A DNA stretch of 64,000 nucleotides. Origin: Clostridia bacterium. Its GTDB lineage: Bacteria; Bacillota; Clostridia; RGIG6154. How positions within the stretch are numbered: the stretch's first letter is position 1; every line of letters starts with the position of its first letter. Where the stretch lies: assembly GCA_045593265.1 (NCBI GenBank), contig JAZNWH010000054.1, positions 28,832 to 92,831 of the forward strand, written 5' to 3'. Position numbers and translations under genes: made by a program. This document shows, one piece after another, positions 58,550 through 64,000 of this stretch. The notes under the pieces are model-generated. The model made no database searches and was not told the origin of the DNA. It was given only the letters and a program-made list of their open reading frames with translations.

Positions 58550-59515
58550 TTATCTTGAAATCCTGTCACCTCTGCGCCAAGCCTTCGATTGTGTTCCAAA
58601 CCTATCTAACAGGTGTATTCTCATCGTTTTGAACTCATCGCCTATACAATTCATCTTCAACAGCCAAATTCTGAAGCGGTATGCCTCGCTGCAGCCTTCC
58701 TCTAAAACAACAGGTTTATAACTGCTTTTTGTCAATGTAGAACAGTAGGTAACCAGTAGAAGTACAAACTGTATATAGGCCTTTATTTTACCAGCATGAA
58801 GTGTCGAACAGAAGCATCGAAACTCGGCTGTTCCATAATAGAATCTTGAATCAGGAACAAGCCCACGAGTCATATTGACTATGTAGTATCGGCTATGAGG
58901 ATAACGAATATAGCGCTCTCCAGAATTGCCAATAGTGCTATACCACACATCTGCAATTTGACTTAAAGTTTTAGCCTTTTTCTTTTTCAAAGTTTCCACC
59001 AAATTAGTGGGTATCCTTTGGCAGTATCTATATCTGCTATTATACGCAGTAGGAACACCCAAAGCCTTATAAATCAAATCTTGTTTACTATGAATTTGAT
59101 TTAAAATATGAACAATTGCACTCGGATATCGACTTACATCACAGTGGATATGTATTCCGCAAGACTCAGATTCAAAAAAGCCTGCTTTTCGCAATTTGCG
59201 AACAATTTCCTGAAACATCGGAATATCAGCAGCCACGAGTGGTGGTCCGCAAAGTTCCACCTTGAAAGTCTCATCTGCTGGCACCACCCGAGAGTTAAGT
59301 TTGCGAAGTGGTGTTATTGAAGCATCGGACATTACAGTCCACTTTCTGCCATTTGAATCTGTAACAGAATATTTATCATATCCCGTGCCTTCATATACAT
59401 AATTTGTGCCAAAGAATTCTGCGAGTACCTCTGCAGCACGCTTTCTGGATTGACCAGTCATTTCTAACTCCAATCCCCATGTAAGACTATCATATATTTC
59501 ACGATTTAAAGCCAT
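58550..59515 (-). CDS. Putative amidoligase (Amidoligase_2, GS-like fold)
   Basis: 321 aa. TWGLELEMTG (G-x-E-x-E)...CGIHIHCD...the pattern of the PF12224-type amidoligases found in phages and plasmids. Confidence 0.6.
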   Translation of the reverse strand: MALNREIYDSLTWGLELEMTGQSRKRAAEVLAEFFGTNYVYEGTGYDKYSVTDSNGRKWTVMSDASITPLRKLNSRVVPADETFKVELCGPPLVAADIPMFQEIVRKLRKAGFFESESCGIHIHCDVSRYPSAIVHILNQIHSKQDLIYKALGVPTAYNSRYRYCQRIPTNLVETLKKKKAKTLSQIADVWYSTIGNSGERYIRYPHSRYYIVNMTRGLVPDSRFYYGTAEFRCFCSTLHAGKIKAYIQFVLLLVTYCSTLTKSSYKPVVLEEGCSEAYRFRIWLLKMNCIGDEFKTMRIHLLDRFGTQSKAWRRGDRISR

Positions 59516-60000
59516 ATCAACATCTCCTTACTATGTTCTTGAAAGAACATAAAAGAAGATGTGATTTATGGGCTTTACATGGGTTAAAAGTGTGTAGCAA
59601 CTCTTTTAGAAACAGAGTATGTTGAAGTATAACGCGTTCTCTCTGAGTTTTCAAGTCTTATGCGAGGTTTTCTCCGCAACTCACAAAAAAGAAGCATCTA
59701 TGTTAAAAATCTGTGAGGTTTTGACCGCGCCCTAAGTTTATTTTGTATTTCTTTTTTTCTGAAAATAGGGGTATTTAACACCCTAAATCCAAAAAGAAAA
59801 TGAAAAGTAAAAATCTGCCTGATAATTTTATAAAATTTTAAATGGCATATTGGGGACAACCAAGAAACACAACCCTAATTTTTGAAGCCTTGTAACACCC
59901 TTGTGACAAATTTCTGACATCTACCAGCATGGAATACCTTTTGGGGATTTTAAGCCCTTGTGGCGAATTTTGAGCATAATATGCTATTAATGTTTTAGAA

Positions 60001-60237
60001 TCAAAATCTGTTACGACAAATAACATTGAATTGTTCATGGGTTATGTAATACAAAGATTTTGTATTATTTTGAAAATCAAACATTTCAAAAGTTGCAACA
60101 CCATCTTTAAAAAATTTGAAAAACTCATACAATCTTATAAGTATTGTATCATCGGAAACAAAACGAGCATATCTATCTTTGTTCATTTCCTCAATATTTT
60201 TAGCACCCTGATTTATTGCATCATTTAAAGTATACAT
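60001..60237 (-). CDS. Hypothetical small protein
   Basis: 78 aa with the RBS aggaggat upstream of its ATG. No motif recognised. Confidence 0.4.
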   Translation of the reverse strand: MYTLNDAINQGAKNIEEMNKDRYARFVSDDTILIRLYEFFKFFKDGVATFEMFDFQNNTKSLYYITHEQFNVICRNRF

Positions 60238-60370
60238 TATTAAATCCTCCTAATAATTTCATTTTATATAAACATTTTTGAACTATATTTTTGTGCTTTT
60301 CACACTCTTGTGGCGAATGTATTTAAAATTCGCCATAAGAGTAGTGTGGGCTATGTGGGGATGTGGGGAA

Positions 60371-62782
60371 TTATCCCTCAACACAGACCTGCTTCAAAAA
60401 GTCAGATATACTTTGACCTACACATTTTGCTAGAAAAACAGGTACTGCATTTCCAACTTGTCTATAAACCGCATGAGTACCGCCTATAAACTTAAAATCG
60501 TCAGGAAATGTTTGTATTCTCTTAATCTCATTTTCATTTAGCGGTCTATTCTCTACTGGATGACAGATTGTGTTAGGTTCAGAAGCGGCAATAGTACAAC
60601 ATACTTTATTGAAATGAAGTCTTCTATATCTTCTGAATCTATTGACCGATATTGCGAACTCACCATCTTCATCAAGCAACGACTTATCAAAATTTTTTAA
60701 ATCTGCCGCCTTGCCAGGTTTAGCACTTGCAAGTACATGTTCAACATTAGCGCTATATTTTATATATCTTCCGTCTGGTAAACCCTTTATTGCCTTTTTC
60801 AAAGTTATATGATTCGCCTTATCAAGAATAGGCTCTGGAAATTTATATTCAACCCCCATTCTTTTGGCCTTGTCTTGTATATCCTGTCTTATTGCAACCA
60901 GAAATACACGAAGCCTATTTTGAGGAACACCATAATCAGCAGCATTAAGTACCTTAACAGTAGAATATAACTCATCATTTTCTTGGAAAGCAGCAAAATA
61001 ACCGAGTTTTCGTATTTCTGCTAACATGTATTCAATTACGTCACTCTCTTCCGCACTAACAAGTGCTTGTACATTTTCGATGAATAAAACCTTTGGCTTG
61101 AGGCACTCTGCGATTTTTAAGTAGTCATCAAAAAGCATCCCACTATCACAATTCATGTGTTCTCTCTTGCCTAAGTTACTATAGGAAGTACAAGGAATTC
61201 CACCACATAAAACATCCAGCCCTGTATCCTCCTGCTCAAGTAATATCTTATACAATGTACTTTTATCCATTTCAGGATATTGTTCCAATAATGCCTCTAC
61301 TTTTGGCTTAAGAACACTAGCCACTATATCTTCTTTAATATCATCTTTGGTGATGTCACCCAGAATAATATTTTCTTTACCAAAGTTTTGTATTTGTGTT
61401 TCTACAGCCTGTTTATTAAACTCAACTGAGGCATAAGATTTAAAGCCTGAAATATGCATACCCAAAGATAGTCCACCTGCCCCAGAACAGACCTCGGCAA
61501 AACTAAATTTACTATCTGATATACCCACAACTTTTTCGATAGCCCATTCCAATCTTAACTGTCGCATGCTATAAGAAAGATTATTTGACTTTGGAGTTAA
61601 ATCTTTCTCTTGTTCCAAGAAATACCTATCCAATTGAGCCGCTGTCATACCGTCTGTGAGTTTATAATTTTGAGTACAATCATATTCCTTATAACCAACT
61701 TGAGTGTCCGCTTCAAACAATTCCGTTAACTTCGAAGTCTCAAAGTTACACCAGATATATTCCTGAGCCACTTTGCCTAGTTGCGCAACCGAGTAACCAC
61801 TTTCTGTTAATACTGAAGCAGAAAATGAAAGTACATTGCCAATACCAGGAAGTATTTTTTCTAACTTCTTCATATTTTCCTGATTAACAGGAGAATCAAT
61901 CTTACTTTTTGTAATATCGTAATCGGACTTACGCCTGTCATGTATTATACTACCCGTACCATAACAATGCCAATTATCCTCTACAAACAGGCATTTATAA
62001 GGAATTAAACCTGCTTGATGCATACATATCATAACCTTACACTTACAATCCTTGCAAAGTGCTATCAACTCTTTGTGTTTTCTATAAGACCAACTGTTCT
62101 TATAGCAGTCTGTATTAAAGTATGGTGGGTCAATGACTATCATCATCTGTTCATCGTCCTGATATTCCTTGACGATGTCGAAACAATCTTCATTTCTTAC
62201 TTCCATATACTTTAAACACGCGTGTGATTCCATCAGGTTTTCCATATATGACTTTCTGAATAAAAGTTTGTCCAAGAAGTTATATGAAACCTTGTTGTTT
62301 TTACCTACATATTTGTAAAAAATCGTGTTTCTGTTATTCTGATAAGAACCCCAGATTACAATTATTGCTAAAGCTCCAATCAGTACAGGGTCCAACCTAG
62401 AAAGTTTATCAGGCCCACATACAACATATTTTTTTGCAACATCAAATAGCGCCTTGAACTTTTCTTCGTCAGTAGCATCAAAATCCATTGCCAATACTGA
62501 CTTAATAATATGAGTAACCACAGTATTAAGAATCAGTATATTATCTTGTTTCTGTAGCAATTTCATTAAAGTTGCCAACCCAAACTCCCATTCGTTATAA
62601 CCCATAAAATCAAACTTCATGTGGTTTAGGGCGAAGGACAGCTTTCCGCCGCCCCCGCACACATCATAGAACTTTGATACATTGCCTGCTTCCACCTGTT
62701 CATATATAATATCTCTAATGGTTTCAGCCAGCCTTGTTTTACCTCCTAAAGAGGGAATACCCTTTACCTTCTTACTGCTCAT
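60371..62782 (-). CDS. Fused DNA methyltransferase: N-terminal N6-adenine (D12/Dam-like, DPPY) plus C-terminal C5-cytosine (Dcm-type)
   Basis: The N half has SLGGKTRLA and VIDPPYFNTDCY. The C half has FAEVCSGAGGLSLG (motif I), GGIPCTSYS (IV), LFIENV (VI), QNRLRVFLVA (VIII) and YRQVGNAVPV (X). The start at MSSKKV has the RBS gaaggagg. Confidence 0.85.
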   Translation of the reverse strand: MSSKKVKGIPSLGGKTRLAETIRDIIYEQVEAGNVSKFYDVCGGGGKLSFALNHMKFDFMGYNEWEFGLATLMKLLQKQDNILILNTVVTHIIKSVLAMDFDATDEEKFKALFDVAKKYVVCGPDKLSRLDPVLIGALAIIVIWGSYQNNRNTIFYKYVGKNNKVSYNFLDKLLFRKSYMENLMESHACLKYMEVRNEDCFDIVKEYQDDEQMMIVIDPPYFNTDCYKNSWSYRKHKELIALCKDCKCKVMICMHQAGLIPYKCLFVEDNWHCYGTGSIIHDRRKSDYDITKSKIDSPVNQENMKKLEKILPGIGNVLSFSASVLTESGYSVAQLGKVAQEYIWCNFETSKLTELFEADTQVGYKEYDCTQNYKLTDGMTAAQLDRYFLEQEKDLTPKSNNLSYSMRQLRLEWAIEKVVGISDSKFSFAEVCSGAGGLSLGMHISGFKSYASVEFNKQAVETQIQNFGKENIILGDITKDDIKEDIVASVLKPKVEALLEQYPEMDKSTLYKILLEQEDTGLDVLCGGIPCTSYSNLGKREHMNCDSGMLFDDYLKIAECLKPKVLFIENVQALVSAEESDVIEYMLAEIRKLGYFAAFQENDELYSTVKVLNAADYGVPQNRLRVFLVAIRQDIQDKAKRMGVEYKFPEPILDKANHITLKKAIKGLPDGRYIKYSANVEHVLASAKPGKAADLKNFDKSLLDEDGEFAISVNRFRRYRRLHFNKVCCTIAASEPNTICHPVENRPLNENEIKRIQTFPDDFKFIGGTHAVYRQVGNAVPVFLAKCVGQSISDFLKQVCVEG

Positions 62783-63554
62783 TGTCAGTACCTCCTTCGA
62801 TTTCAACATTAAACTCATAAGGCTCAACATTTATTATGTAGCACCTTGTGTCTTTGGCTTCAGAACTAAGAGTAATATCCCAACCCCTGTTGTAACTTGT
62901 ACTTAAGAAAAGTACATTTCTTGCCGCCAATTCTTTAACTACACTACCGAGTTCTACACCGTCATTCTTATCCCACCCCATAAGGTTTTTAAGTTCGCTG
63001 TATTTAACAGCCAGTACAGTTTTACCATACAAGTGATTGTAATACTTGTTATCAAGCCATATTCCTAAAGTCTCTTTAGTTGCATTGTTTTTGGACATCC
63101 AAGTGAATTCAGAACATTTATCCTCAAGGCTTTCAAACAATCTGTTGTGATACCTATCTATATAATTATCGGAAAGAAGAGGATTGAGAATTCTGTCAAT
63201 ACTCTCACCCTTTTCGGTGTCCAAAACAATTACACGATTTTCAGGGTCTGTATCTTCATCATGAAGAATATAGGTTTGAACGATAAGTTCTAACTCAGTT
63301 ACAATAGTACTATTTATTACACCACACGCCTCAAGTCTGCATAAAATATCTTTACTGATTTTACCCATACTCATTTTACTTTTAAGAAAGCTCACAGACT
63401 GTTTGTCACCCTTTTTCGAGCTGAACTCGATTGCATAAACTTGACCATTACATTCAGAGTATCTACCACGATACACTTTAACGTCCCACCAGTCATTAAA
63501 ATAGGGGTCGTGATTACCTACTCTTGCCTCAATTACATCTGAATAATTTTTCAT
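62772..63554 (-). CDS. Hypothetical protein upstream of, and overlapping, the fused methyltransferase gene
   Basis: 260 aa. Its stop overlaps the methyltransferase start by 11 nt. No motif recognised. Confidence 0.4.
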   Translation of the reverse strand: MKNYSDVIEARVGNHDPYFNDWWDVKVYRGRYSECNGQVYAIEFSSKKGDKQSVSFLKSKMSMGKISKDILCRLEACGVINSTIVTELELIVQTYILHDEDTDPENRVIVLDTEKGESIDRILNPLLSDNYIDRYHNRLFESLEDKCSEFTWMSKNNATKETLGIWLDNKYYNHLYGKTVLAVKYSELKNLMGWDKNDGVELGSVVKELAARNVLFLSTSYNRGWDITLSSEAKDTRCYIINVEPYEFNVEIEGGTDNEQ

Positions 63555-64000
63555 AATACTTTTTGCACAGGAAATGCTTAAACCTGCGCTTCCTCCTTAA
63601 CCATAATTTTTTGGTGCATTTTTTATTTACATTACTTAATAATTTTTACAGACCAACAAGTTACACCTGAATTGATAAGGGTAGCAATATTTTCAATATG
63701 ACGACGAAATTTCGCCGTGTTTGTCAAAGAACAATTTTTATATAGCGACTACTAAACTCAATCCCTGAACGCTGTACCTCGAGTTATATTATATTTAGGT
63801 AGGTAGGCTATTAAGTTTTAGCAGCACGCTTTCAATCTTAGTTGATTTTAATTTGTGCATCTCAACCTTGATTACATTTGCGATTATATCACAACTTACA
63901 TTGAGAGTCAATGGAATAGGCTCAACTTTCAATATTGATTATAAATTGCATAAATTAGAAAAGTCTTACTCAATTTTAGTTGATGTGCATAACTTGCGCT

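Larger units (their letters stand above)
41150..64000. mobile_element. Integrated mobile / defence island (integrase end at the left; right end beyond the window)
   Basis: A tyrosine integrase abuts the housekeeping ferritin gene. It is followed by a resolvase, a type I R-M operon, methyltransferases, XRE regulators and many orphan ORFs. The exact att sites are not identified. Confidence 0.6.

Noticed and set aside
59838-60038. A 66-aa minus-strand ORF upstream of the amidoligase operon. It could also be a frameshifted continuation of 60001..60237.
   Set aside because: It has no RBS. It contains two copies of the CCCTTGTG(G/A)C(G/A)AAT box that also occurs in clearly non-coding DNA at 60305-60341. 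It is more likely a regulatory region, but this is unresolved.
63836-64000. Repeated segments at the right edge (ttagttgat..tgtgcat twice, and ctcaac(c/t)tt...attata twice) that might be an origin or an att region.
   Set aside because: The repeats are short and imperfect, and the window edge cuts the region. There is too little context to interpret it.

Overview
The window looks like a low-GC Firmicutes (Clostridia-type) chromosome. Supporting signs are AGGAGG-type ribosome binding sites (RBS), a T-box leader, SLH domains, copper-amine-oxidase-like stalk domains and AT-rich intergenic DNA.

Positions 1-41.1 kb are ordinary chromosome:
- An AraC-linked sugar and amidohydrolase cluster: a secreted beta-helix protein, then an M24 peptidase / ASRT-like / creatininase-family operon.
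- A hexuronate block: a GH4 glycosidase, a frameshifted serine hydrolase, uxaB, uxaA and a divergent AraC regulator.
- An RHH plus REP-associated tyrosine transposase (RAYT)-like pair, whose gene carries copies of a 27-nt palindromic repeat.
- A YtrA-type GntR / ABC exporter operon.
- upp and a uracil permease.
- An SLH wall protein.
- A T-box-controlled HTH-cupin-acyl-CoA synthetase fusion.
- Malic enzyme, rlmD, rplM-rpsI, ferritin and assorted housekeeping or membrane genes.

From about 41.15 kb to the right edge the sequence is an integrated mobile or defence island whose right end is not reached. It carries:
- A tyrosine integrase, and a serine resolvase with res-like repeats.
- An iteron-like TTTATAAA array.
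- A complete type I restriction-modification (R-M) operon (HTH, hsdM, hsdS, an embedded gene, hsdR, an SseB-like gene).
- A secreted metallo-beta-lactamase-fold (MBL) lipoprotein and an XRE regulator.
- A five-gene amidoligase / gamma-glutamylcyclotransferase operon with three unrecognisable partners.
- A large fused N6A plus C5 DNA methyltransferase.

The most interesting candidates are:
- A 419-aa gene with an R-x4-H (HEPN-like) motif, translationally coupled between hsdS and hsdR. This is a PrrC-like position, but the protein has no NTPase domain.
- The amidoligase-GGCT five-gene operon.
- The T-box (probable Ile specifier) in front of an acyl-CoA ligase.
- Two paralogous promoter-to-terminator structured RNAs that share a ~30-nt motif, which recurs inside the island.

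All functional calls come from motif recognition by eye. No database search was run.
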